Counted from the first letter of the whole stretch, positions 12,097 to 26,007 are shown. The stretch: DNA of 61,490 nucleotides, filler included, from Choristocarpus tenellus KU-1152 (GCA_964200185.2; 14 parts of 14 records of this genome joined end to end with filler, not necessarily neighbours in it), one strand, 5' to 3'. Translations and numbers: made by a program. Notes: a model not told the origin generated them from the letters alone.

Positions 12097-13326
12097 CTAC
12101 CGGCGGCGGCGGGGGGGGGGGGGGGGGGGGGAAATGGAAGGAGGGGGNNNNNNNNNNNNNNNNNNNNNNNNNNNNNNNNNNNNNNNNNNNNTTAATTAAT
12201 TAANNNNNNNNNNNNNNNNNNNNNNNNNNNNNNNNNNNNNNNNNNNNCCCCCCCCAGATACGTTGACCCTTAAACTATGGGGGAAAGGAGAAAATTGTCT
12301 GTCGTAATCATGTGTTCGAAACCAAGTAACATAAACAATAAAATATATCGGTAGAGAGTGTATCTTCCAAATGTATACAGCCTCAGACACAGAATGAAAG
12401 AGACTTGTTTCGATGAATCTGTGACCACATTCTCTATGTACCACACACTACATACACAAGATCGATTCTAGAGATATACATACTGTCTGCTGTATCTAAA
12501 TAATGATGAGGAAGTCAACTACCCCTCCCCCCCAGAATTTTCCTAGAATTTTCATCCAAAATGTGCGTTACTTGAGGGAGATGGGCTGTCGAGTAGAGTG
12601 CACCGTATCACGGTTTGGGTGTGAAAGGATGGGTAGGCTTAGCTACTCCCAAAAACAAAACAAAAAATTGTGTGGAAAGCCCATTGAGGGTGTGTATGGG
12701 GGTATCAATTTGCAATTGAGGATCAAATGTCCAAACACTCTTTTCCTCATGTTAAAGGCTTTGCTTGTCATTACAGCTTACACACACATGGCACCTTGGA
12801 TACCCCAAAAGGTCCCATTTCTCAAGACTTGTCACAGCTAACAAAGTAACACGGAACAAAAAGCCACCACAAAAAATAATGAATTCTGCGATTAAGGTTC
12901 AGGAGATCACCACTAGGTCTTTCAATGCAGCACCAAACCTACACATTGCTCCAATACCTGCCTCTACCTCAACGCCACATCAATAAAACAAACACTTAAT
13001 ATTTAATCCCCCTTCACAACACCAAACAGAAGAGAGATTCTGCAAACAGACTGGTGCATGCACTGCAATACAGATAACCCATCATTCTTGGGGCAAAAGC
13101 CCACCCACAAACACAGAAGAGTACCATGAACGTCAACCATACACACACACATACACATATGCAGCGAGGAGGCGTTTCACAACTGCACAAGCAACCCAAC
13201 TGTCCCAAACAAACCATTGGGAACGACTCTTCATCCAAGACACTGTTCTCCTTGTCAGGATCCAGACGGCAAAGCAAAAACCAACACAAAAAAAAAGCAA
13301 AAAACGAACTCGCGCATCCATTTCTC

Positions 13327-15868
13327 TCAAAAATCTAGGTGCTCGTGCCACTCGTGGAAGAGGTCCATTTCCTTCGACTCATCCATCTTGTCCCACTTTA
13401 CAAGGCGTTTTCCCTCCATCCTCCTCTTGATTCGGTAAAAAACTGCCCCGAACACAATCAACAGACCAACTATCCCCATCTCCGTAACAGAGTGGTTGTA
13501 GATCAGGCACGACACCAGGATACTAAGAGCAATCCGGATCTGCAATGTCGGAAACAAAACGGACAGGCGCCAAAACATCATTTTTTTTTTTACCGTTGTT
13601 GTGATAACAGTTGGACACCCGTTTCAGTCCAAGGTTACCACCACCAAAGCAAGTGTAAAGTGTACTGATGTTTGGACGAAGTCCATTCTAGTCAGTCGCA
13701 TACACGACCTTAAAACAGGCCGTGAGACTGCCCCTGAACATCCTCTTGGATTGAACTACAAGGATCATAAATGCATGAGAATAATATTGGTAGCTGTAAA
13801 GTTCTGACAAGAGAGAGAGAGAGAGAGAGAGGAAAGACCATCCATGGGCAAAAGGTGGCTCCAAGTGTGTCAGATTACATCACCCGTGAACTATCACACA
13901 AAGGCAACCCTAACCCTGCAAGGTTTCTCAATCATCCTTCCACAAAACAAAAGAATAGGCTAAGTAAGAGCATTCGGGCGTAACCTCCCCAGGATTAAAC
14001 CTCCGAGTCCTCTTCCTCTAAGGAGAGAGGAAACAAGCAAAACCTCACCATAAACTCAACATGAAGGATACACAGCAATGCATGTGCTATGTAGTTAGTG
14101 TCGTAAATAGCAGCGATTGAATCACTACAGTTAGATCAAATTTACTACTGATTGAGACTGAAAATTAAGGGGTGATTTTCAACTATATATTTTTTTAAAT
14201 GACAACGCACCTATCTATCCACCACGTGTACATTCCATTTCAGTCAAGAAACCTAACCCTGAATTCTTCAAGCAAATTTAAGTTACACTCGCAAATGCTT
14301 TTTAACTTTTCAGACAAAAAAAAAGAAGGAAAACACAGTAGTACATTCAATAGCATCGATACCTACCAGATCACACAAAAAAAAAATGAGCAACAGTGCT
14401 CTTGCAGAGACAGTCCGATGCACCCTTTAAAAAAAAAAAGGTTGCACATGCACCTGTGCATTCAAAGGCACGTGCATCCAAAACTCACCGTCATGATAAT
14501 GGCAAAAACAACCGCCCCAAATGAACGTATCGTATGGAATATGAGTAGCTGGCCAAAGGTGGAGCACACGCCAAATGCAATGAAGTGGAGGTGGATCTCT
14601 GGGTGGTCGGATACAAATGACACAAAGGGCACGAGCTCGTTCTGGTGCACAAGAGTCACAAACGAAAAGATGGTACTGAATGCTGTCATCACAAACATCA
14701 TCTGCACCGGGCTCAGGTCCTGTATTGTCAAAGTCAGGCACCACCGGGTGGGGGGGGGGGAGGGAAGGAGACAAAGAGTCGAATTTTTTGCTAGTTAACT
14801 TTTATGTTTCAAATGCATTGTACTTAAAAGTCGCGTCCCCCACCCAGTACATTTCAGTAATGATACCCATCCAGGTACTAACAAAACCGGTGAGTGTGGA
14901 ACGTTTGAAGCACAAACGCCTTCAAAAGGCTGAACAAAATGTACAGCAGGCAGGCCATTGCTGCTGGTCTCTGTTCATGCCATAAAAAAGTTGTTTTCAT
15001 AGGCGGCATCAGAAATCCGTGGCCAATTTGGTCAACTATGTCATGTCAAGATTATGCTCGACAATTTGTGAGAATAAGATTCAAAGTGATATTTTATGTA
15101 CGCACAAATGATGATGCGAGACATGCGGGATTTTTAGGGTTAGGGTATTCGAGCAGAAAAATTGGAGGAATGTTAAGAGTCGGAATGTTTCTGACGTGTG
15201 CTAGAGAACTATTGAGTCATTTGGTACTGAGTCATTTACTGTAAGGTTTGGTGAGCCCTATCTGGTGATATGGTGTCTCACTCTCTTCTCAACTGTGATA
15301 AAAGCAAATAAACAATAATATAACTGGTTGTGAGGGACAACAGGTCGTCAAGGACAGCTTAACATGTCACACAAAAATGGGGGAGGGGGGGGGGGCTTCA
15401 ACGATATAACGTGATACCTACACAGTCAACAGATCAAAATTTACCAAAATACAATATCACCAGCTGATACGTTAACTTGCTTACAATTGAAATCACTGAC
15501 ACGGGTGATCTCTGGTAAGACTCCTGATGAATGAATTCTTCCTCATTTTATTATACCCTTTCACACATCACTATCATTTCATTATACCCTTTCACGTCAC
15601 GTACTGTACCTTGCGGCAGCCTTCCCCTTGGGTGGGTGTGGAACAGTCAAGCGGTGACATGATGATTACAAACTGAAAGCACATAAGACACACGTTTGCA
15701 TTTCAAGCACCTCACCCGATGTTTGGTGAACATCCTACTCTGCCACTGGGAAGTGAAGGAGTCAAAGAAGAGGAACAGTGCCAGCAACATCATCCCACAT
15801 ACCACTCCCCCCTTTCCCTCCACCTGACCAAACATGTCGGTGCCGAACTTCACCCCCTCAGAAGAGCT
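13327..15868 (-). CDS. UAA-family nucleotide-sugar/PAPS transporter (SLC35B2/PAPST1-like); last three exons 15868-15716, 14719-14489, 13539-13327
   Basis: GMMLLALFLFFDSFTSQWQSRMF, CSTFGQLLIFHTIRSFGAVVFAIIMT|IRIALSILVSCLIYNH are typical SLC35B2 C-terminal helices. Junctions are phase 0 and the last exon ends in TGA. Confidence 0.9.
15040..15259 (-). repeat. Dispersed repeat with GGGCTCACC terminus (probable non-autonomous DNA transposon end); inverted copy at 55862-56080
   Basis: About 220 bp align by eye in reverse complement with 55862-56080. Confidence 0.75.
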
Positions 15869-16881
15869 CTGTTCAAACACAGTTAGGCGAGGCCACCATC
15901 AAAATTGTCAAAGAGAGCGAGCGAACAGGAACATGGGAATGAGAAAAAAAAAAGTTGCCCCAACAAAAAAAAAGGATAAGCGGAGGAGTACTCAACAATC
16001 TCCTCTTAATATCTCATCCAGTACAATTTAAAAAGTAATAATCCCCTCTTAATATTCCATTCAGTATAATAAAAAAAAGTAACCCATAGAATCAGGTCTC
16101 AACTACAAGTCAACAAAAGTATGCGACAAACACCTTCCAACAAGATATCACATAAGTACTGGTGCCCTTTGTCTACAAAACTTCAAGGTCATGTTAAGGC
16201 AGTTATTGATGAGAAAATTTAGCCCCATGTCTGACACTCAAGCTCAATAAATTGACAAAGAAGACATAAATAACACTGACTGTGAGATGGATACCATGAC
16301 CGTGACAGGGATGATGGGAATATCTACCCTTGCTACAAAAGAAACTTGAAACAAGGATTGGAAGAAATACACTGGCTCTCTTAGAAAAAAGAATAAAAAA
16401 GAACTGTCTAGTCTTTTTGCCAACTATTTTGTATTTTATGCATTGAGTGATTCCATCATGATGGTGACAATTATATACACGTAACAGAGTGGAATATTTG
16501 AATCAGATTTTTTTTGGTAAAATAATAATGATGATAGCAATAGTACCATAGACAAGTCATATATCACAACACAATAGTGGTGGCGGTATCTCAGTAGTTG
16601 ACAAGTGGACCAATCAAAACATTTAGGTGAAAAAAGAAGCAAAAGAAAAGACAGGACTCACATAAACATATTTGTTCTATTATATAGAGTACTACTTCAG
16701 AAGCAAAAACAGTGCCAGCAAACTTGAAAGGTATGTACCAGAACAAAAATAGAAACAATTCCGAAAGTGTGTGTGTGGGGGNNNNNNNNNNNNNNNNNNN
16801 NNNNNNNNNNNNNNNNNNNNNNNNNTTAATTAATTAANNNNNNNNNNNNNNNNNNNNNNNNNNNNNNNNNNNNNNNNNNNN

Positions 16882-17250
16882 ATCCCAAGAATCCAATAAA
16901 CCCTTCCGTGCCCATCTCCCTGGTGACTCCAGCTTAAAACGCATGGCATGTCTAGACAGTGCCACTTGCGTAGTTACTGAGACAATTTGGCGTAGCCAGG
17001 ATTTGACCTCTCCTTTCCTGCTATATCCTTCCGTTCCTCTCCCCCCTACCACGTGAGTAGTCAGCTCATCCAGGAAGCATTCCGCTTGCTTGTCGGGGCA
17101 CCTAAAACTTTCCACCGCGAAGGTATTGAGGTTTGAGGTTATAACTACGAGGATCAAAAGAGCCCTCGTAGAGGGTGGTGCGTTTTTGCGCCTCGGCGGC
17201 AGCAACAGCTACACCATTATTGCTAGTGGATCATAGAATGACTGGGGTCC
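16882..17250 (-). mobile_element. 3' fragment of a CRE-like (restriction-like endonuclease) non-LTR retrotransposon, frameshifted; second fragment at 45609-45678 (+)
   Basis: GVAVAAAEAQKRTT.YEGSFDPRSYNL / NTFAVESF...KQAECFLDEL...LRQIVSVTTQVALSR resembles the RLE C-terminus of CRE elements. Confidence 0.7.
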
Positions 17251-20200
17251 GTGCGGTATGATAGCTAGCTGACATGTGCTGCCTTTCCTTGAAAAAATAT
17301 GTAACAATGTTATCGTGACAACAACAATAGCACCAGGTGGGAACAAAAGGAGGGTGAGGTGGTTTTGTGTCACCTCCAAAGAGATCATAGGCAGGAACAA
17401 GGAAAAACGTGAGGAGATCCATGATCTTCCCCGCGTAAGGGGGCAGTCCAACACAAGCCAGTATCAATGCATACACACTACACACTACTTAGATGGGACT
17501 GGGGTAGGAGGTGGAATTTGGACACAAGCATCAACCACCCACTCATTTGAAACAAAAAACATTGTTATTTGTAAAGTAGTGATTATATCTCAAAGCACTA
17601 CGTAATTACCCAATACTCTTACCCAGCAATTATTCATTATGATGAGAGTACGGAGCAAGAACTGCCACATGAAGAGCATGCATCTCTCTATATATATATC
17701 ACCTTTCCTCATAATAACTAGAGCAACATCATCCAATTCTTTCACGTTTCATTGGTGCAAACATACTCTCTACACAATAAGATTCAATTGAGAATCAATA
17801 ATTAGTACTAATGATTATTTTTCTTTCTGAAAGAAATATACACACAAGAGTTTTCTCTACACACAGAGACAACTCATACTGACTTGAAGCCATACAGAGT
17901 ACGTAGGAGTTGTTACATACATACATACATGTAAATACATATTATCAAATCATCCATTATTGATAGACAGTGACACTTTGAAAACGCAGGCAACACCCAC
18001 AACAACAACCGCCTAACAACCTTGAAATGTTAATCACAATTCCCAACACCACCATAGAAACGACTCTGCAAAAAAAAGTTTTCCTTCACCTTTCTGGGAC
18101 ACAAAATGAAGAGGTTGGTTCAATAGGCGACGATGAAGGAACCTCAGGCAATAATTGTACGTATTTTTTGGAAGCATCAACCCAGCGCCATATCAGGCAC
18201 TTTTCGACGCTTCATTCATTATAATACACACACAATTTCCAAGAAATTTACTTCCTGTTTGTACCTCTCAAACTATACTGCTGACTAATCGCTACCCTAG
18301 CACCTATTCTGACTTCTACTATTATCATTGTTATTGTGGTACCAAAAATGTATGGGATAACCACCACAATATGAACACAATAGCAATGTGTATGTATCCT
18401 CAGTCTTACTCCTGCCTTGCACAGTGTGCCGCAACGTTGGCACTGTCAAGAAAATAAATCTCTTTCCCCCCTCATCCCTCACTGCAGCACTTAGCAACCT
18501 CAAACAAACTATTCCTTAGACCAGAACAGACAGGATGATAGTAGTAGCCTTCAATGCTGCTGACGGCATCGCTCGCCTTTCTCATCCTGTCCACAAGAAA
18601 GTCGAAAAAAGACAAGTGGTATCTCACCTCACCACCCCAACCTATTTGGTGACCGTAACCTATTCCCTCATCCTTACCACTAATCAAGTCTCATTCCTCC
18701 TACCCTGTCCTTTTGTTGTCACTGAACCAGTTTCCTTTTGACTTGACGAAGACCCCCTCTTGCCGATCAGAAGAGTCAAGACTTAATCTGCCCATAGCTT
18801 CAACAACCCGCCCTAAACACAACTATTACTAAAGTAAGTCTGCAGCAAAACAACAAAAACATGCCACTAAATCAATGCCAAACTATTTTGTACGCCCTTT
18901 TTGTCTTCCAGGTGCACTGCTGCATTATTGTTGAACCTTCAAATGCCCCATCAGAGGCTAAAAGAGGGTTTGACGTCCATTCTCAATCCCTTTGATGTAC
19001 GCCACAACTTTTCTTTTAAGGGCAGTGGCAAGCATGAGGCTTTGGATTGCACTACACACTGCCCCACCCCATACAGTTGAGGACTGAGGCACTACCACAA
19101 TGTGATTTGACTCAAGGGTAAACACACACAATCATTTCTTTGAAATACCAGACACCATTCTTGCCTACGGAGCGCACTGACAATTCACACACACACACAC
19201 ACGTCCATCCACCCATCCATCCGCCTTCAGGTTAGGTACAGTACCACCATATATGTAGTAACACCTAGAGCAAACCGTACTGCTTTGAATATGAACAAAC
19301 GATGGACCAATCGATGCAACCACAACAACCACAACACACAAAAGTCAAAGACAAGCAACGCAAAATGGTTGCGCTCCTCAGACCAACCTCAAAATCTCAC
19401 TCGGCGCAGGGTCCGCAAGCAAAGATTTCAATAAAAGCCCTCCTAGCACAGTCAAGTATGAAAAAATATAAGAATATATTCCCTTCTCCTGCCCAGCCAT
19501 TTGCTGGAGGCATACACTCCTGTCCCTCTCCCATTCTCTTTCTTCGGCCTACTATGTTACAGATACAATTTGTCACACAGACAACCTATCACCACCACCA
19601 CTATTGCCCTCGTACACAATGGGTTGCATAGGACGAGAGATTTGTCATTAAACTAGCCCCCCCCTCCCCCCCCCCCAGCTCATTTCGGTCCCCATTGGCC
19701 ACTTCTCACTCTCACTCTCACTCTGCCAATTGNNNNNNNNNNNNNNNNNNNNNNNNNNNNNNNNNNNNNNNNNNNNTTAATTAATTAANNNNNNNNNNNN
19801 NNNNNNNNNNNNNNNNNNNNNNNNNNNNNNNNGCGGACAACCCGCCCCAGAGAGCGTGCGTGGGGGAGTGGGTGTCGTCGGGTCTGCTCCTTCCCGAGTG
19901 CGCGCCCCCCCCCCCCCCCCCCCCTCAGATACGTTGGGTCAAACATTCAAGATTGCTACAGATGGCGAAGCTACTGGTACCACTAGAACTATAATACCTT
20001 AACTAAAGTGTTGTTGGAAGGATCCCAAACCCGTTCTTTCTGTGTAATCTGTGTCAAACCTGCACAAGATGCCAACAGGTGACAGGACGAGCAACATGCA
20101 CAGTGAGCCACTAGTTGCAGTTGCAAATCATTTCTACTGACCCCCAAACCGTTGTTTATTCGTTTGACACCTGAAATCTGCACCTGATATTAACAGATGA

Positions 20201-21564
20201 ACAAGTTAAGTTAAACACACTGGCAGATAGTCGAAAGGTGCTGGAAGGATCCAAAGCTGGCTCCTGTCCGTTTCACCTCTCAAATCTAGACAAGATTCCA
20301 ACGGGTGACTGGGAGAGCAACATTCCCAGGTTAAGATTACATTGGCATTAATCGGTTTGAAGGGTCGAAATCTGCTTTCTGACGGTTCCACAACTCAACC
20401 TACAACAATATGTCAACAATAGGTTACTCGATCAACAACAGCATTCCCCATTAGGTACACAGCGACAGGTACTTCAAAACTTTGGGAGGATCAAAAAATC
20501 ATATATCGTTTTCATCATGTGTTCCACATTGTGAGTGGTATACAAAATACAAAATATCATAAAGCGATTGGAGGACCAAAATTCGCAATTCGGGGTACAG
20601 TTACACAGAACGGGTGTACGGATTCAAAAGAGTAATAATGCATCTTTCAAAACTCAAGCAATTGATACAAGATGCAAAGAGGTGATAGAGTGAGTAAGAC
20701 TCTTCGTAGTTAGGCACACAGTTACAGCTATAGATTCGTTGTGAGGAGTATCTGTGCAATATAGGCTGATAGTCTATATGGTTTATACGTGTCTAGTGAA
20801 CTCTACTAGACAACAGGGACATTGGCTAAGTGGAACAAGTGTCGTTGACTTGTGTTCGTGTACGTAAAGTAATGAGGTCGAATCTCAGATGATCGATTTC
20901 TAATTACTTGATATATATGGACTGATGGAGGAGTTCTGACATAGTACTACCTACACAGGATAAGTGACATAGTACGATGTAACGGCAGGACACGTTTTGA
21001 TGTGTCAGCTGATGAGTCAGCTGACATATGTAATAAACAATAAGATAATAAGAGAGAGCACCCACCACCACCGAGGGCTGTGCTCACTCCGCTAATAAAC
21101 ATATCCATACCACACAAAACAAAATACTCTACTTGAGTAGTTCTCTTTTGCATATATATTACGCATCAAGTTCATGCAAGCGTTCACGAAACTACCTTGT
21201 AGAACTGTCCCACAACAAAACATGTCGGACAATTCATTATTTAACTCATTTATGCTTCACAAATCAGTAGGAAAAATATGTGTACATATACTTGGTTGCG
21301 AAGGTTGAAGGAGTGGTGAAGATGTGTAAATCATTTCTACCCAGGAACCTTGTACCACAAATCATGTAGTGAGTACAACTCAATGTTGAGGAACGATGTA
21401 CAATCCGATTTGTCGGTATAAACTTGTCGGTTCCTATGAACACATGATTTGTATGTATCACTCACAATTTTATCTCCATGTGTATAAATGATTTGTCCCT
21501 GTTGCTGAAAGATTATAATTGTGTATTGGAGATCTGTCCCTACATCATCATCTATACATATAAA

Positions 21565-21740
21565 GGGTCAAAGTATCTGGGGGGGGTGGTGGCTGTCCAT
21601 TTGGGGCCAATTTCTTCATGTCGCGATTTTGGGGTGATTTGGTTCCATATGTTGGATGGATAATGAAAGTGCACATTTCCTGGTTTTGGTCGAAACGGAC
21701 ATTCTGGTGTAGACCCCCCCCCCCCCAGCTACTCTGAGTC
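21565..21740 (+). mobile_element. MITE family B, full copy with poly-G/poly-C inside the TIRs. Other ends at 12248-12269, 19905-19940, 34788-34809, 39945-40125, 42918-42960
   Basis: GGGTCAAAGTATCTGGGGGG ... CCCCCCAG.TACTCTGAGTC inverted termini. Confidence 0.85.
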
Positions 21741-22075
21741 AAATTTTACGTTGTGCCTTAACCGGAAACAGCAATCTTACACAAACCCTATGATGAGCTC
21801 TAATANNNNNNNNNNGTGTTTTTGTTCCATTTGTTGGGGGGATAATGAAAGTGCCCCTTTCCTGGTTTTGGTCGAAACGGGCATTTTGGTTTAACCCCCC
21901 CCCCCCCCCAGATACTCTGAGTCAAATTTTACGTTGTGACTTAACAGGAAACAGCAATCTTACACAAATCCTATGATGAGATCCAATAGGAAAGAACAAT
22001 CTTATACAAATTCTAACATGTGATCCAAACATAATTTCATACTGTACTTCGTTCCGTTGTTGTTCTGTGAGAGTA

Positions 22076-23772
22076 CTCCCTAGGTCCCATAAGTCCGAGC
22101 CGTTAAGTTGTAGCTCTTCGTTATGACCTCCGATTACAAAAACAGAACTTTTCATTGGATACCTTGGAATATTTTCCATTAAAACTAAATTATAAAGAAT
22201 TCTACTAAGAATTCTGTTCTGAAAAGGTTCCGAAAGAATGGAACACAGAATGGGGACTATTCTTATCGTTTTTTAATGTCCCTGCTGCAGCGTGGAGCCG
22301 CACAACACTCTCACAACCCCTATGGCAAGCCCCCACCGCTCGTCATCCCTGCCACGAAGCCCACCCGACCATCTCGGGGAAAGAACTGTGAGCTGACCAA
22401 GGAAGGTCAGACCACACTTGCTCTGCGCTATGCATTGCCTCTTTCTCCAGCTCATAAGAGGCTCCTGAGGAGTGTGGGGTCTAAATTGGCAAAAGAGTTT
22501 GGAGTGGGAGAGAGACACCCTATATGGGTGTGGGCGCGCATCAAAGAACAGCTAGGCAGGGGGAATGCTGTCTCTCTGAAATCACAAGCACGATTTGGAC
22601 GACTGTCGAACTTGATGCCAACGAAAAAAGCAAACATCCGGGAAATCAATGCCAGAAATCGCATGCTGACTATGGACCAACTTTCGGTCAAGCTCACCAA
22701 AACGGGCCTCGCAGTCGGCAGCTCAAAGCTTCATCGCTGACTCGAAGCCATGAGGGCAACGATGGTTCAGCGGCACATCACCCCTAGCCTTTCGTTTTCT
22801 CACAAGACAAACAGGGTGGATTTCATCCTCGACCAGATCTCCCGCAACTGCAAAGGACTGGCCTCAACACCATTCCCATCAACGAGGTGTGGTTCCATCT
22901 CATCCACAAACGAGAAGTGGTGCACATGTTCCCGTTGGAGGAAAACGTGGGCTCAACGAAGGTACAGCGCAAGAGTCACATTCCCAAAGTGATGTTCATC
23001 TCCACTGTTTCGCGCCCGAATTCATCCCATGATTTCAAAGGCAAGATAGGGATCTGGCGGGTTTGCGTCATGAAGGAGGAACAACAGACTACAGCACGGC
23101 ACACAAAGGGTGAGAAGTACGAGATCAACGTCACCATCGATGCCAAGTGGTACGTGGAGTGGTACACGGAGCAGCTGTTGCCAGCGATCAAGGAAAAAAT
23201 ACTCTGGCTAGAATCGGGGTGGGCCTCCATAAAGCAGGACTTTGCGACCCCGCATACAGGCAAGAGCATGGTGCAGAAGCTGAACACAGCAGGGATGGAG
23301 GAGGGATGGAATAGTAACCTTATGACACAGTCAGCACAGTCGCTGGATCTCAACATCAATTATTTGGGGGGGTTTGCATCTCTGAAGAGCAGGGTTTGGG
23401 CTGAGCGTTATGGTAACCGTTGCTGAACTTGTAGAGGGGGTTTCAAGCATGTTCCACATATACGATGCACACAGGCTCGAGAGGATGTGGAAAAGTCTGT
23501 TTAAGAGGTACAATCAGGTGTTAAGGGTGCTGGGGAGAGCACACCAGGACCAAAAATAGGCAGCAGGAGGTCGGGTTGACTAGATCAGTCTAGGTAGACC
23601 AAGCAGCCTCTGCGGCAGTCCTGGATTGGTGGGTTGACGATGTCAAATAAAGGCGAGACATAGTGTCTTATGTTAAATGTTCCAAGGAATCAAACGCAAA
23701 GGTCCGCTTTGTAATCGGAGATCATCCTGAAGAGCTACAACTTAACAGCCCAGACTTACGGGACAGAGGGAG
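22076..23772 (+). mobile_element. Full-length decayed plant-type (DD39D-like, Stowaway-related) mariner transposon
   Basis: About 95-bp TIRs starting CTCCCT..GTCCC, with TA on both sides (22074-75, 23773-74). Confidence 0.92.
22276..23560 (+). pseudogene. Mariner transposase pseudogene
   Basis: Motifs NEKW, KSHIPKVMFISTVSRP, FKGKIGIW, IKQDFATPH and QSAQSLDLNINYLGGF are spread over several frames, with stops. Confidence 0.9.
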
Positions 23773-24812
23773 TATATCACAGGAGAAGTGGTGATTTCCA
23801 GGTTGGTCATGCATTTCCAAGCCAGAGACACTGGTTCAGCGGGCAAGGCGCAGGGTGACGGACTCGCGCGAGACTCTTCTCGTGTTTTAATTCGCCTTCA
23901 CTGTGCCAGTCAAGGAGTAGTATCAGTTGTGTGCGCGTGTTATAATGATGTCTTGCTTGTTTTCGGACAAAGTACATTGTACCGGCACACAGATTCCTAG
24001 TAGTAGTGTGATGGAATTGGTTTCTTGTATCCAAATTTACAAGAAAAGGGTGGTGTGGTGCATCTCCCATACATTAATCAAGTGTTACGTTCTATATATT
24101 CCAACAACCATACCGCTTCACATTAATCAAGGGAAGCTATTTTCACGTATGGATCGTCCCAACTAAAACGATCTCGAGGTTTCATGCGTTTTGAGTTGGA
24201 GACACCAGGGAGATAGATGGGCAAGGAGGGGCTTGTTAGACTCTTGGGATACTTCCCTAGCTCCTGAGGTGCGGGACTAACCTAGGTTGGAGGCACAGGA
24301 AGGCAGTGGTATAGCATAGCTAGTAGTAGTAAAATAGTAAATAGATCAATGCATCTTTTTTTTACTTGTGAATTGTTTTTATTGGGTTTTTTCCCTGACA
24401 CATCTGCAAAATGTCAAGAGGGCATGATAAAATAGTACATTGATTTTGTCAGGGACAGTTCGCCTTTTTGGGATCTCTCGACATTGATGAGGATAATACG
24501 CGCGGTCTTATACGTTTGCGAGCTTCACCTTTTACTATTGACGCCATACGAAGTGATGTGGTGTGGGTCAGACGCATGACTGGCACGCAATAACCCGACG
24601 TGAACGGTGGATTGAAACCAGCATAGCCCAAGATTGTGTTTTCTGCTCTGACTAGTCACAACCAATCACATTGAAGATTGATCCACATACATTTTCCTGA
24701 GTGTGCTGTGCACAATATTTCACATAATATCTCCTATTTTTGCGTAACGCTTACTCATACACCAAATTGCTATAATATTTTGCTAGAAGAGCTATATGAT
24801 GAAATGGGGTGT

Positions 24813-25048
24813 TGTCAGGGAGCAGAAATCAATATTATCTTGCATCATACTGTGTAATATACAAGAACACAGTAAACACTACGCAACAGAGTGCATATTG
24901 CTTGCAACAAAGAGTTCTATATTAGCGCTACGAAGGAGGCTTACAATCCAGGTAACAGAGGACCCCAGGGGTCCGTAAGATCCTGCCTAATCCACCCCAG
25001 CATTGGGTTTTCCGGTATAGTAGTTAAAGTGCATAACATGCCTTGACA
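24813..25048. mobile_element. Possible solo LTR
   Basis: TGTCAGGG ... CCTTGACA inverted ends; target-site duplication imperfect. Confidence 0.35.
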
Positions 25049-26007
25049 GTGGTACTTGTCGTATTATTACTGACAACACAATCTGTCACAAGTGTATCTT
25101 CACAGTCCCCTTCCTGCTCACCCACCCTGGTCTCCATTCACCCACTACTACCTCATGACTCGCTACGACATTTAATATTGTGTATACCAAGACACTGGGA
25201 TATCTTTATTGCGATGAGAATGGACCCCCCCATGTTGCAGATTGCTTCACGAATCTGTGTATGTTGCTAGCTAACGATGTGGTAGAGATATTCCCGCCCT
25301 CTTGTTGTGCTCACTTGGTTGGCAACTATCGTAGTTTTTTTTTTTCGTAATTACAGGCGTATTGCACAAAGGGGGACTGAACGGAAAAATGAGACAGCTT
25401 GTTAAAAAGAATGACTGCAATCACTGCCTACAAGGACTGAAGATGATAGCAAATTCCATTATCCCGTTCCTATAATACAACTGTTGGATTCTTCTCACTC
25501 CTCCCTTCCTCTGGTGCTGTTCACAAGTCCCCCATTACCCAACCAACCAGAGTGCATGCATGCTTGATTGTATGCTCGAAAACTTGCTACTTGTATTACA
25601 ACATTTGAGGAAATTTCATTTCTCTCAAAAAGACTTTGAGACACTCATCACCTACACGAGTATGACCCCATAATACGTCAGCAATGATAACATCAGAGTC
25701 ATGACGAGTGGGAAAATACTAATTTTGTCGTCTACTATAAGATGGGGGCACAGACTGAAAGAAAAAAACTCCAAGGCGAACACACCAAGGTTGATGCCTG
25801 ATCCTCTCTGGCGGGGAAAGAATGCTGGTGATCTAAATATGTGTTACAGTAAATTTTGTGTCCACCTCCACATGTAACATTCACGATCACGGCATATGTG
25901 CTCCCTCAACACCAACACCTCATGTAAACATAGCATATCTGTCAGACGGAGTATGCTGCATGGAATCCTGCACTTCACACATCTCTAGAGATAAAAGTTC
26001 TGACTCT

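Noticed and set aside
14199-14798. 199-aa plus-strand ORF; likewise 53487-53831 and 54165-54551
   Set aside because: Antisense shadows of real minus-strand exons.
18472-18812. Exon-like minus-strand segment (RVVEAMGRLSLDSS...)
   Set aside because: Two in-frame stops and no recognisable family.
21633-21990. About 170-bp direct duplication around the 10-N gap (21806-21815)
   Set aside because: Looks like unmerged overlapping contig ends, with error-like differences near the homopolymer; assembly artefact.
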